Source of the DNA: Macrostomum lignano
Lineage: Eukaryota
Direction of reading: 5' to 3'
Length of the DNA stretch: 64,000 nucleotides
NCBI GenBank assembly: GCA_002269645.1
Contig: NIVC01000996.1
Location: 1-64,000 of the forward strand
The position numbers and the translations under genes are program-made. Below are positions 38,202 to 51,598 of the stretch, piece by piece (position 1 is the first letter of the stretch; each line of letters opens with the position of its first letter). The notes beneath the pieces are model-generated. The model saw only the letters and a list, made by a program, of their open reading frames with translations, made no database searches and had not been told where the DNA came from.

Positions 38202-41200
38202 ATGAAGGCGTCCCCTCTGATTCTCATCGTGGGCTCTGCCCTCGTGCTGCAAGTCGCTGCTCAGCTTGGTAAGTTTCTGTTGTTGTCTGCTCAGTCAATA
38301 CTTCAAGACTGATTTAATCTGTTACTGACCGACAACGATCCCCTCCGTAATTCGCTCAGATCCCGTTTGCGACAGCTGTCCATCCAAGAACTGCACCTAC
38401 GATAAGCGGCTGTCATGCAGCTGCACAGGCCTCAACCGGACAATCGAGATTGTGGATCCCGGAGACCGCGAGTACTTTAACGTCTCTCTCGGCTTCGTTG
38501 TGGACAACACCGGCAGCATGAGGACGGAGATCGCGTCGGTGAAGTCCAGCATTCAGGCTGTTGTCAGTAAGTTTTACAGACAGTGATCTTCCGATTACCG
38601 AGTCGAAGTTGCTAAATGCACCAATGTACGAGCGTATTACAAGAGTAGGTGATTATTGTCAAATATTGTCATTCCAGCTGCCACATCCGGAATCTTCGAC
38701 AAGTACGTGATTGGCACCTACAACGATCCCTACGTGGCCAACGTGTTCGAATCGACGGACGCTTCCGCCATCAACAGCTTTGTGAGCACAATCAACGCCA
38801 ACGCTGGAGGCGACTGTCCTGAGATGGCAATGCACGGCATCCGGGATGTGGCCGACCGTCTTAGTCCCGGCTCCGTCATCTTTCTGTTCACCGACGCGAG
38901 CTCCAAGGATCTGGCTCTCGAGCCGGATGTCAAGGCTCTGCTGGAGTCCAAAAACATCCGGCTTAACGTGATGGCGACCGGAAATCTTTGCGGCATGGGT
39001 GCCGAGTTCTCTAGACTGACCACCGCCACCAACGGAACAATCTACAGGACCCCAGACAAGTCCGATGTCGACTTCGTGATGAACTACATCAAGAACTTTG
39101 CCAAGTACGGCATTCGGTTCATCCGCGGCATGCCGACGACTCTGGAAGATCTGAAAGCCATCGCCGATGGAAGTGAGTTGCCACTTCTGATTTGAGGTTA
39201 TACCAAATGTCAATTACAAGCATAGGCATAAAAAACGATTTTTCCAACATATTTCAGACTGCTCCTGCAAGACCAGCATTGAGAACCTCGTCTGCGTCGA
39301 GCCGCCGACAAAGAGCTGTCCGTGCCCGGAGGGCTTCGAACATATTGTGGTGAAGAAGAAGGTGTGCGTGCCCGGTCCGTGCAAGAAGCACAAGTACGGC
39401 TCCCTAGGTTTCGTCATCGACAACACGGGCTCAATGGCGGCTGAGATTTTCGCGGTGCGCGCTCATATCGCCAACATCATGGCCAACAACACCGTGTTTA
39501 AGGACTACGTGGTGGCCACATTCGGCGATCCCTACAAGAAGAATGTGATTCGATCCAGCGACGAGTCGGTCATCCAGTCCTTTGTGAACTCGATCTCGCC
39601 ATCTGCAGGCGGAGACTGTCCCGAGTTCGCCATGTCGGGTATCGAGGACGCGGCCAAGAAGGCCCGCAAGAACTCTGTGCTAGTCTTGTTCACCGATGCT
39701 GCAGCAAAAGATGCGAGCAAGCTGGCCGCTGTCAAGGCGCTGTTGTTGGCGAAGAACACGAAGCTGTTTGTCATCGCCACTGGCACCTTCTGCGGCTCCG
39801 GCGTGTACAAGGGGGAATTCGACGACCTCGCAGCTGCCTCTGGTGGGGACGTCATGACGCTGACAGCAAAGTCATCAGTTAGCGAGGTAAATTTACTTTT
39901 GAGCTCACTATTAATGCAACAACTGCCTAGATTAATTTTATCCCAGATAAGCTTTAAACAAAAACAAAACAATCAAACCATTTTTCGGCAGGTTCTTGAC
40001 TTCCTCGCCCTGGCTGCTGCCGGCAAGTACTCGCTGCGTTCGTTCCCTCGCTGCTTGGACGACATGCGAAAGATGAAGCCAGAACGTAAGTTTGTTGAGT
40101 TTTTCTCTTTTCAGAGTCGAACTTTGCTAAGATTATAATTTTAAATTTTGTATAATAGAAAATTTGCTTCTTATCATATTTCAGGCTGCTGCAAATGGGT
40201 CATCCATCACAAATGCAAGCCAATTGAACGTAAGTTTCTTTACTTATTACGTAGAAAATACCTTACTTTTGATTGGCGCTAATTATCGACGCTTCGACAC
40301 TTCAGCGCCCTGCCCGCTCGGCTACAAGCGAGTGACGATGCGCAACAAAGTGTGCGGCTCGCCCAACGGCTGCCCCAGGAAGCGGGTCGGCTCTCTGGGG
40401 TTCATCATTGACGACACCGGCTCAATGGGTGCCGAGATCTTCGCCGTGCGGACTCACATCAGCGCCATCATGGCGAACAACACGGTGTTCAAGGACTACG
40501 TGGTATCCCGGTATGGCGATCCCTACGTGAAGAATGTGATCCGGTCGAGCGACGCGTCCGCAATCCAGAGCTTCGTGAACGCGATCGGGCCTTCGGGCGG
40601 AGGCGACTGTCCCGAGTACGCCATGTCAGCCATTGAGGACGCAGCCAAGGAGGCACTCGAAAATTCCGTGCTCATCCTGTTCACCGACGCTGCCGCAAAA
40701 GACGCAAACATGAGTGCCGATGTCGCTGCTCTGCTGGTTTCTAAGAAAATCAAACTCTACGTGATCGGCACCGGCCAGTTTTGCGGTCCCAGAGTGTACA
40801 AGGGAGAGTACGACTACCTTGCTGCGGCATCTGGTGGCTCCGTGATGAAGCTGACTGCGAAGACCTCCGTTGGAGAGGTAAGCAATGCGAATCTTTGTGT
40901 AGTTGGGTTTAAGATACACTTCAGACAAGTTCTGATGCCAATGGACAGTGCTTTCACCGCAACCACTTTCCAAACTCACAGGTTCTCAACTTCATCGGGC
41001 TCGCCGCCTCCGGTATGACGTCATTTGATTCGCTGCCCAGCACCCTGGAGGGCCTGCACGGCATGCCGTATCGTAAGTTACTCAGCTTCTGATCCTGTGG
41101 AGTTAGATTTCACGATCAAAGCCAGCAGATTTTTAGCAGAATTGCATCCGTTTCGTTTTCAGAGGATAATTGCTGGATTGAAGAGATCTCCACCTGCATG

Positions 41201-41224
41201 TGCGAGTGCTATGATCGCCCGTGA
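38202..41224 (+). CDS. Secreted protein with three hemicentin/VWA7-type vWA domains and Cys-rich linkers, 753 aa, copy 1. Exons 38202-38268, 38360-38566, 38678-39172, 39258-39886, 39992-40085, 40185-40229, 40306-40877, 40982-41072, 41163-41224
   Basis: Signal peptide MKASPLILIVGSALVLQVAAQ. Three repeats of SLGFV(V/I)D(N/D)TGSM...(N/G)DP...GGDCPE(M/F/Y)AM...LFTDA..KD. The nine exons sum to 2262 nt in frame. Confidence 0.88.
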
Positions 41225-43486
41225 GCAGCAAACTGACAAGCTTTGACTTTTCACAACTTTTTCTGAGTAACGAATTCGCCTGGCGCCATTTTAGCCAGTT
41301 AATTTTGTTTAATTCATTCGGATTTGTATGAAGTTAAAACTTCAAGGAGTTACTATAGTCCGAGAGAGAACATTGCATATCGTAAAACACATCCCTCTTA
41401 CATTTGTATAGCCAATCAACCTGTTGTAATTGATCGAGTATAAACCAATGTCGATTTTAAAAAATGCGATTAAGTACTAATGATGCTTCGCAATAAAATT
41501 TCACCCGACGCTTTGAATTCGAAAAGTAAAATTATTTTCTTATGATTGTAATTTGGAATTTACTGTATCTGCGTGTACAGGAATACTATTATTTAAGTAA
41601 TAATATAGTAAGCAAATACTTAATTTGCTTTTCGCGGATGGCAATAAATTCTGCTTTCAAGACTTGAACTTCTAAAATTGCTTGAAGTTTGAAATCTTTA
41701 TTTTGAGTGGCTGGTGACATTATAAATTAAAATATTGCAAAAATCGTAGCGATAACGATCGTAATTAAAATTTGATGGTTTTGAAATGCTGGATAAAGAT
41801 GCCACTGACTTTTCTCTCGTATTCAGATTGATTGAAATTCGTAAAAATTAGCAGAAACAAGCTGAACGAACCAGCTCTCTTGAAATCGGGTTTCGGACTT
41901 CTAGTGAGACAAGATAATGAGGATTTTTGCCATAGACAACTGGCAATCAGCGTGCAATAATGTACCTCATTGTTATAGTTAGCCCACAGATTCGTGTTGA
42001 AACAGGGTGAAACGCAGGGCAGCCTGCCCGCTACAATTATACTGTGGCAGACTTCAATAAATAAAAAACTCGTATGCATATACTCGTAAGTATCTAGTTA
42101 ATGTTTTTACAACTTGTATCTTTCGAAAGTAAAGCTTAGTACTGCTTATTAATTATTAGTATCAGTTACTATTTTTTCGATTCACAAAATTAGCAGTTTT
42201 GGCCATAGACAATTTCTTAGATTTCATTCTTTCTTTCTTTCTCTAGAGTGCTGGTGCGAACATGTTGGGGCGCCCCACACCCCGCAAGGGGGCTCAGCGC
42301 CCCCTTGACCCCGCTTTCTTCTGACTTAGCCATAGACATTTTCAGCGGGCCGTGAAACCGACTCAATGCATTGGAGTAAATGGGATTTTACCATAGACAG
42401 TCTCAGCGGGCCGTGAAACCGCCGAGGCGCGTAGCGCCGAGGAGTGTTAGCTAGTTGCGGCCTGATGCAGCCAATCCATATTGGTATATTAACGCACGAA
42501 TAGCAAAAGTAACAAATAAAAGCCGAATGCTGTAAAACCTTAGCGCGTTTAGTCACTTGATTGAACACGAGAATTTGATGCTTGACGGTTTGTATTGAAG
42601 TCGCTGTTTCAATCGCCTCACGTTGTGAGCCCACAGAGATACCGGAAGTAGGCATTGAGTCCCCCACAGAATCCTTATCTTTAGATGGTTCGACTACGGC
42701 TACCGACGTCTCGTTAATGGCAGGCGATGAACTGGCTCCGTATAGCGCGGGAAGGTCCGAGGTAGGTGAGCCTGTCCTGAGTAGAGGCTGGGCATTCGCA
42801 GATGAAGTGATGCAGATGATTCTCAACACCGAGGAGAGGCAGAAGGGGCATTCCCCGCTACGGATTTTCTCTAGAGGTGACGATGCCTGGAAAAACAGTC
42901 ATGTCCCGAGAGCCAACCCAAACAAAACTTTTGTAGGTCGGGATGTTTGTGTATAAGGCCTCAACGTCTAAATTGTAGCCAAGAATACACTTACTCATTA
43001 GCAAGGTTCACACTTTGTTCAGCTTGGAAGTGAACGGCGTCACAGATGAAAGATGAACTAGTCTTGTTCCTTGGCGATCGATTGCAGAAAGAGGTCGATG
43101 AACTTGCAGCTAATGTATTCGGAGCTGCAATCGGAGACAAACGGTCCCTCAGGCAATACTGTGAGAATCGGCCACCTTGTGGTGGGAGCAAATAGAAAAT
43201 CTTTTGGTTTCAAAGGTGGGAAGGTAGTCCCTCCGGTATAGAACATACCATGATGCTGCCCTAGTCGGCCGGTTTAATGACAAAGCTGTTTTGAATTTTC
43301 CGGATTGCTTGTCTCCAGCCCAGTAGAAGATTTGGCTTGTTGAAGATTCAACTAGGGATGCTGATTTTGTCAAGTTCTTTGAACAGATCACGGTGCGAGT
43401 GCCAAGCCTCTAAATTTATGCTTAGAGTTGGAAGCTTGGCCAGAAAAGAAAACTCGCGATGTGAAAGCGCAAATGCACTCTGCAAA

Positions 43487-44872
43487 CGCTACTCTGCCCC
43501 CAACCACTGAGCTACTCTGCACCCAACCACTGAGCTACTCTGCCCCCAACCACTGAGCTACTCTGCACCCAACCACTGAGCTACTCTGCACCCAACCACT
43601 GAGCTACTCTGCACCCAACCACTGAGCTACTCTGCACCCAACCACTGAGCTACTCATGCCCCCAACCACTGAGCTACTCTGCCCCCAACCACTGAGCTAC
43701 TCTGCACCCAACCACTGAGCTACTCTGCACCCAACCACTGAGCTACTCTGCACCCAACCACTGAGCTACTCTGCACCCAACCACTGAGCTACTCTGCACC
43801 CAACCACTGAGCTACTCTGCACCCAACCACTGAGCTACTCTGCCCCGAACCACTGAGCTACTCTGCACCCAACCACTGAGCTACTCTGCACCCAACCACT
43901 GAGCTACTCTGCCCCCAACCACTGAGCTACTCTGCACCCAACCACTGAGCTACTCTGCCCCCAATCACTGAGCTACTCTGCACCCAACCACTGAGCTACT
44001 CTGCACCCAACCACTGAGCTACTCTGCACCCAACCACTGAGCTACTCTGCCCCGAACCACTGAGCTACTCTGCACCCAACCACTGAGCTACTCTGCACCC
44101 AACCACTGAGCTACTCTGCACCCAACCACTGAGCTACTCTGCCCCGAACCACTGAGCTACTCTGCACCCAACCACTGAGCTACTCTGCACCCAACCACTG
44201 AGCTACTCTGCATCAAACTACTGAGCTACTCTGCATCAAACTACTGAGCTACTCTGCACCCAACCACTGAGCTACTCTGCCCCGAACCACTGAGCTACTC
44301 TGCACCCAACCACTGAGCTACTCTGCACCCAACCACTGAGCTACTCTGCCCCCAACCACTGAGCTACTCTGCACCCAACCACTGAGCTACTCTGCCCCCA
44401 ACCACTGAGCTACTCTGCCCCAACCACTGAGCTACTCTGCCCCCAACCACTGAGCTACTCTGCACCCAACCACTGAGCTACTCTGCCCCGAACCACTGAG
44501 CTACTCTGCACCCAACCACTGAGCTACTCTGCACCCAACCACTGAGCTACTCTGCCCCCAACCACTGAGCTACTCTGCCCCCAACCACTGAGCTACTCTG
44601 CCCCGAACCACTGAGCTACTCTGCACCCAACCACTGAGCTACTCTGCATCAAACTACTGAGCTACTCTGCATCAAACTACTGAGCTACTCTGCACCCAAC
44701 CACTGAGCTACTCTGCACCCAACCACTGAGCTACTCTGCACCCAACCACTGAGCTACTCTGCACCCAACCACTGAGCTACTCTGCACCCAACCACTGAGC
44801 TACTCTGCCCCCAACCACTGAGCTACTCTGCACCCAACCACTGAGCTACTCTGCACCCAACCACTGAGCTAC
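43487..44872. repeat. Homogeneous 23-bp tandem array (ctactctgcacccaaccactgag, ~60 units)
   Basis: Direct inspection; no spacers. Confidence 0.97.
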
Positions 44873-46591
44873 GGAGCTACAGAAAATAATTGAGAGCAAT
44901 TCTATATTTGAAGTTGATGATGTACATGTAGTCAAGTAGGTTTTCGGACTCCGTCAGCTTGTCGGGTGGTAACGCGCGCTGGTGCATGCATGTCCGCTAG
45001 ATTTAACTCAGCTAGCTACCCTTTAAACAGTCTATCATTACATTGCTGCATCGAAAGTCAAGGATGGAGCAAAACAGATTTGGTCACGAAATTTAAATAA
45101 ATTAGAGCTTAATGCCCATACTAATTGGCACTCCAGTACCGTAATTTTTGAAGATAAGCGTCAATTATTGGTTATACAGTGCTGAAGTGAGACCGGAGCA
45201 ACATGGCCTCTCGTATCCACATGTACATGTACACCTTAACTTTAAAATACATCAGCAGTATCTCAGAAACAGTATAGACGTCTGAAGGTATTTGAATATT
45301 GAATTAAAATGCCCCCACTGCAAAGTAGAGGCTCTAATGGAACCTTTAGTTGAGGTTGTAATGTAGACTAAATTAACAGATGAGTTTGAACTAATTTTCA
45401 ATTAAAACGCAGCGAGGCTCAATCATCTTCAACGTAGCCATTCCGTTCCCAACCGATCAATAACAAAGCTGGTATTACTTATTACCTACACTACTGACAG
45501 TGAGTTATGGTAGAGTAGTATACAGATATACGTTGTATCAGATGTAGCTCGTATAAAGTAATATAGTCGTTAAAGGTAAACTTTACTTTTCGACGAAATA
45601 AATAAGAAAGTTTAAAGTAGACATATATGTGCGTACGTCAGGATCACGTAGCATCTTGATTTGATTCTCAGAAGTCCTGCGTTGCTGAACGAGTCTTAAA
45701 CTGTTCTCCGATCGCGATCGTCGACTTTTCAATGGCCGAACGCTTCCAGTCCTTCTTGGGTTCACTTGGGAGTCTGCTCACAATAGGGATCGAGATACTC
45801 ATCATTGGTGATAGCCGAAGGTTCCTGAGCACAATCCGCTCCTACTTCAATTTCCTGGGCACAGGCAGCTGGACACTGCGGAACAGACTCTAGGATCAGA
45901 AGGTGTCAAGAAGGCAATTGTTATTGAATGAGCACTGTCATCGATGCCGCCATTGTCATGGGCGGATTGAAATAGCTGATCACAGACCACGCTGTCTCGA
46001 GTCGCTGAGCACCGGGGACAAGGCTCTGCAATTGATAAATTTACTCCGACGGTTGCACTGCCTTCTTTGAGATGTAGAGCCATCCTTAGAGCCATACTTA
46101 GTTGCTCAATAAAACCGCACTAGACAGGAGACTCCCTGTTCGTCTGCTCCTAACTGTGAGTCTAAGACTAACGACCCATTTCGGGAAAATAAGTTAGTGG
46201 GCTTTATCCACAGAAAGATATCGAAAGATTATTTAGATACGACTCGTAGATAGTCAGATAGAGGCCACACTAACAAAGCACAAGCAGTTTAGGAGACGAA
46301 AATATGTGACAGTTCTCTACTGCTAAGGAGAGAACAGCCACCGCTATTGTTATTACCAGCCAATAGAAATTTCTCGCAAAAACATCGTCCCGCTGTTTTT
46401 TTCAAGCCTCATAAACAATTGCGTCTGCATACGCGGTCTCACAACGCCCCCTCATTATTTCGATGTGAGCCTGAAAATACGAAAACAAATCCAAGGGTGC
46501 ATGGTTGGGCAGATTACTGCGCCTATGTTGATGATAACAAGCTGGATTGAAAAAAACAAAAATACACACTCAGATGGCCTTGCAAAATGTC

Positions 46592-46599
46592 TATATAAG
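46592..46599 (+). promoter_or_regulatory. Putative TATA box of vWA gene copy 2
   Basis: TATATAAG at the same relative position as in copy 1. Confidence 0.55.
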
Positions 46600-46704
46600 C
46601 GGCAATCGCGGAGCTCACACAGTCAAAGGCTCCGAGAGAACTCGAATCGAGACAACTCGAAAGAAAACCCTTAAGCAAGAAAATCTTCAAGCAACAAAGC
46701 CTCC

Positions 46705-49700
46705 ATGAAGGCGTCCGCTCTGATTCTCATCGTGGGCTCTGCCCTCGTGCTGCAAGTCGCTGCTCAGCTTGGTAAGTTTCTGTTGTTGTCTGCTCAGTCA
46801 ATAGTTGAAGACTGATTTAATCTGTTACTGACCGACAACGATCCCCTCCGTAATTCGCTCAGATCCCGTTTGCGACAGCTGTCCATCCAAGAACTGCACC
46901 TACGATAAGCGGCTGTCATGCAGCTGCACAGGCCTCAACCGGACAATCGAGATTGTGGATCCCGGAGACCGCGAGTACTTTAACGTCTCTCTCGGCTTCG
47001 TTGTGGACAACACTGGCAGCATGAGGACGGAGATCGCGTCGGTGAAGTCCAGCATTCAGGCTGTTGTCAGTAAGTTTTACAGACAGTGATCTTCCGATTA
47101 CCGAGTCGAAGTTGCTAAATGCACCAATGTACGAGCGTATTACAAGAGTAGGTGATTATTGTCAAATATTGTCATTCCAGCTGGCACATCCGGAATCTTC
47201 GACAAGTACGTGATTGGCACCTACAACGATCCCTACGTGGCCAACGTGTTCGAATCGACGGACGCTTCCGCCATCAACAGCTTTGTGAGCACAATCAACG
47301 CCAACGCTGGAGGCGACTGTCCTGAGATGGCAATGCACGGCATCCGGGATGTGGCCGACCGTCTTAGTCCCGGCTCCGTCATCTTTCTGTTCACCGACGC
47401 GAGCTCCAAGGATCTGGCTCTCGAGCCGGATGTCAAGGCTCTGCTAGAGTCCAAGAACATCCGGCTTAACGTGATGGCGACCGGAAATCTTTGTGGCATG
47501 GGTGCCGAGTTCTCTAGACTGACCACCGCCACCAACGGAACAATCTACAGGACGCCCGACAAGTCCGATGTCGACTTCGTTATGAACTACATCAAGAACT
47601 TTGCCAAGTACGGCATTCGGTTCATCCGCGGCATGCCGACGACTCTGGAAGATCTGAAAGCCATCGCCGATGGAAGTGAGTTGCCACTTCTGATTTGAGG
47701 TTATACCAAATGTCAATTACAAGCATAGGCATAAAAAATGATTTTCCAACATATTTCAGACTGCTCCTGCAAGACCAGCATTGAGAACCTCGTCTGCATC
47801 GAGCCGCCGACAAAGAGCTGTCCGTGCCCGGAGGGCTTCGAACATATTGTGGTAAAGAAGAAGGTGTGCGTGCCCGGTCCGTGCAAGAAGCACAAGTACG
47901 GCTCCCTAGGTTTCGTCATCGACAACACGGGCTCAATGGCGGCTGAGATTTTCGCGGTGCGCGCTCATATCGCCAACATCATGGCCAACAACACCGTGTT
48001 TAAGGACTACGTGGTGGCCACATTCGGCGATCCCTACAAGAAGAATGTGATTCGATCCAGCGACGAGTCGGTCATCCAGTCCTTTGTGAACTCGATCTCG
48101 CCATCTGCAGGCGGAGACTGTCCCGAGTTCGCCATGTCGGGTATCGAGGACGCGGCCAAGAAGGCCCGCAAGAACTCTGTGCTAGTCTTGTTCACCGATG
48201 CTGCAGCAAAAGATGCGAGCAAGCTGGCCGCTGTCAAGGCGCTGTTGTTGGCGAAGAACACGAAGCTGTTTGTCATCGCCACTGGCACCTTCTGCGGCTC
48301 CGGCGTGTACAAGGGGGAATTCGACGACCTCGCAGCTGCCTCTGGTGGGGACGTCATGACGCTGACAGCAAAGACATCAGTTAGCGAGGTAAATTTACTT
48401 TTGAGCTCACTATTAATGCAACAACTGCCTAGATTAATTTTATCCCAGATAAGCTTTAAACAAAAACGAAACAATCAAACCATTTTTCGGCAGGTTCTTG
48501 ACTTCCTCGCCCTGGCTGCTGCCGGCAAGTACTCGCTGCGTTCGTTCCCTCGCTGCTTGGACGACATGCGAAAGATGAAGCCTGAACGTAAGTTTGTTGA
48601 GTTTTTCTCTTTTCAGAGTCGAACTTTGCTAAGATTATAATTTTAAATTTTGTATAATAGAAAATTTGCTTCTTATCATATTTCAGGCTGCTGCAAATGG
48701 GTCATCCATCACAAATGCAAGCCAATTGAACGTAAGTTTCTTTACTTATTACGTAGAAAATACCTTACTTTTGATTGGCGCTAATTATCGACGCTTCGAC
48801 ACTTCAGCGCCCTGCCCGCTCGGCTACAAGCGAGTGACGATGCGCAACAAAGTGTGCGGCTCGCCCAACGGCTGCCCCAGGAAGCGGGTCGGCTCTCTGG
48901 GGTTCATCATTGACGACACCGGCTCAATGGGTGCCGAGATCTTCGCCGTGCGGACTCACATCAGCGCCATCATGGCGAACAACACGGTGTTCAAGGACTA
49001 CGTGGTATCCCGGTACGGCGATCCCTACGTGAAGAATGTGATCCGGTCGAGCGACGCGTCTGCAATCCAGAGCTTCGTGAACGCGATCGCGCCTTCGGGC
49101 GGAGGCGACTGTCCCGAGTACGCCATGTCAGCCATTGAGGACGCAGCCAAGGAGGCACTCGAAAACTCCGTGCTCATCCTGTTCACCGACGCTGCCGCAA
49201 AAGACGCAAACATGAGTGCCGATGTCGCTGCTCTGCTGGTTTCTAAGAAAATCAAACTCTACGTGATCGGCACCGGCCAGTTTTGCGGTCCCAAAGTGTA
49301 CAAGGGAGAGTACGACTACCTTGCTGCGGCATCTGGTGGCTCCGTGATGAAGCTGACTGCGAAGACCTCCGTTGGAGAGGTAAGCAATGCGAATCTTTGT
49401 GTAGTTGGGTTTGAGTTTCACTTCAGACAAGTTCTGATGCCAATGGACAGTGCTTTCACCGCAACCACTTTCCAAACTCACAGGTTCTCAACTTCATCGG
49501 GCTCGCCGCCTCCGGTATGACGTCATTTGATTCTCTGCCCAGCACCCTGGAGGGCCTGCACGGCATGCCGTATCGTAAGTTACTCAGCTTCTGGTCCTGT
49601 GAAGTTAGATTTCACGATCAAAGCCAGCAGATTTTTAGCAGAATTGCATCCGTTTCGTTTTCAGAGGATAATTGCTGGATTGAAGAGATCTCCACCTGCA

Positions 49701-49726
49701 TGTGCGACTGCTATGATCGCCCGTGA
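46705..49726 (+). CDS. Secreted triple-vWA Cys-rich protein, copy 2 (same 9-exon structure)
   Basis: Offset 8502-8503 bp from copy 1; about 7 amino-acid differences noted; frames and splice sites intact. Confidence 0.88.
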
Positions 49727-50170
49727 GCAGCAAACTGACAAGCTTTGACTTTTAACAACTTTTTCTGAGTAACGAATTCGCTTGGCGCCATTTTAGCCAG
49801 TTAATTTTGTTCAAGTCATTCGGACGTTAAAACTTCAAGAAGTTACTATAATCCGAGAGAGAACATTGTATATTGTAAAACAATGTCTGTCTTACGTTTG
49901 TATAGCTAATCAACCTATAGCAATTGAGCATAAAGCATTGCCGACTTTTTAAAACAGGATAAGGTACTATTGATGCTTCACATTCATCTTCGATACAAGT
50001 TCACCTAACGTTTCAAATTTGAACTGCACAACCATTTGCTTATTTATGATTGTTCATTAGAGAATTGTACGCATCTTTGTGTTAATGATAAATATATTCC
50101 AAGTGATAATATACTGAACAAATAATTTTATCTACTTTTAGGCAATATACATACCAATTGACGTAATCGT

Positions 50171-50783
<613 letters not shown>

Positions 50784-51598
50784 TAGCTGTATTTTTGTGT
50801 GATAACAGTGATAACTAATGATAAAGACAACTTTATGGAATAAAAAATATTTTAGCAGAACAATCTAGGTGGTTCTGTGCGGTGTCTCATTTTATGGTTG
50901 TCGTAAACAGCCATCAAGTATGTTTTTAGATGGCTACAACAGTGAGATTTATGTCAACAGAAAAGAATCTCAGAGTAATGCAATAAAAAAGTCTTTGAAA
51001 ATGCTTTACCACGTCATGCAAATCGTTCGAACTCCGTCATATTCCAACAGACGCATTAATTAGTTCTCTGTTGATTTGCGAAAAAAGCTCATAAAATAAA
51101 TCTTAAGCTGTTAAAACGTTCGTACCTCGCATCCAACAGCCAGTGGGCAACGTTGTTTCCGGCGGCGGTTGAGAACGTTCTGCAATACGATGCCATTTGA
51201 CCTGGACTTTCTCTAATTGGATCAAAAGGCAAGTTGAGACGCAGTCTTCAAGTTAAAATAAGCTTCTACACGAGACCTGTTGTAGCTGTCTGTCAAGTGT
51301 TACCTTATCTACCAGGTTGCGTCATCCACCCTAATGTACTGCGCAAAGATGGACAATTAAGAAGCTTCCAATATTCTTCCTGATATTAAGCTATTAATAA
51401 CTGCTAAATAGCGTATTGACAAGCTGATTTTTACTTATTTTCTTATTGAAAATGCATTGCTAATTTCTTCTACGTGTTAACAATAACAACAATAACAAAA
51501 CATTATTTTTTTAAAGCTCACATATATAAGACTTCTTTAACAAAGTATCGCAACTCACACAAAAACTTTCTATCGCCAGTTTTTTTTCATTTTTATTA

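Larger units (their letters stand above)
37762..41620 (+). repeat. Duplicated segment copy 1 (paralogous to ~46271-50140, offset ~8.5 kb)
   Basis: Direct alignment by eye of promoter, all exons, introns and 3' flank. Confidence 0.92.

Noticed and set aside
38659-40979. Antisense ORFs opposite the vWA exons (and opposite RepHel)
   Set aside because: Shadow frames of GC-rich coding sequence; the sense frames carry the motifs and splice sites.
45583-46095. Short minus-strand ORFs upstream of vWA copy 2 (also 60760-61190)
   Set aside because: No recognisable motifs or consistent splice structure.
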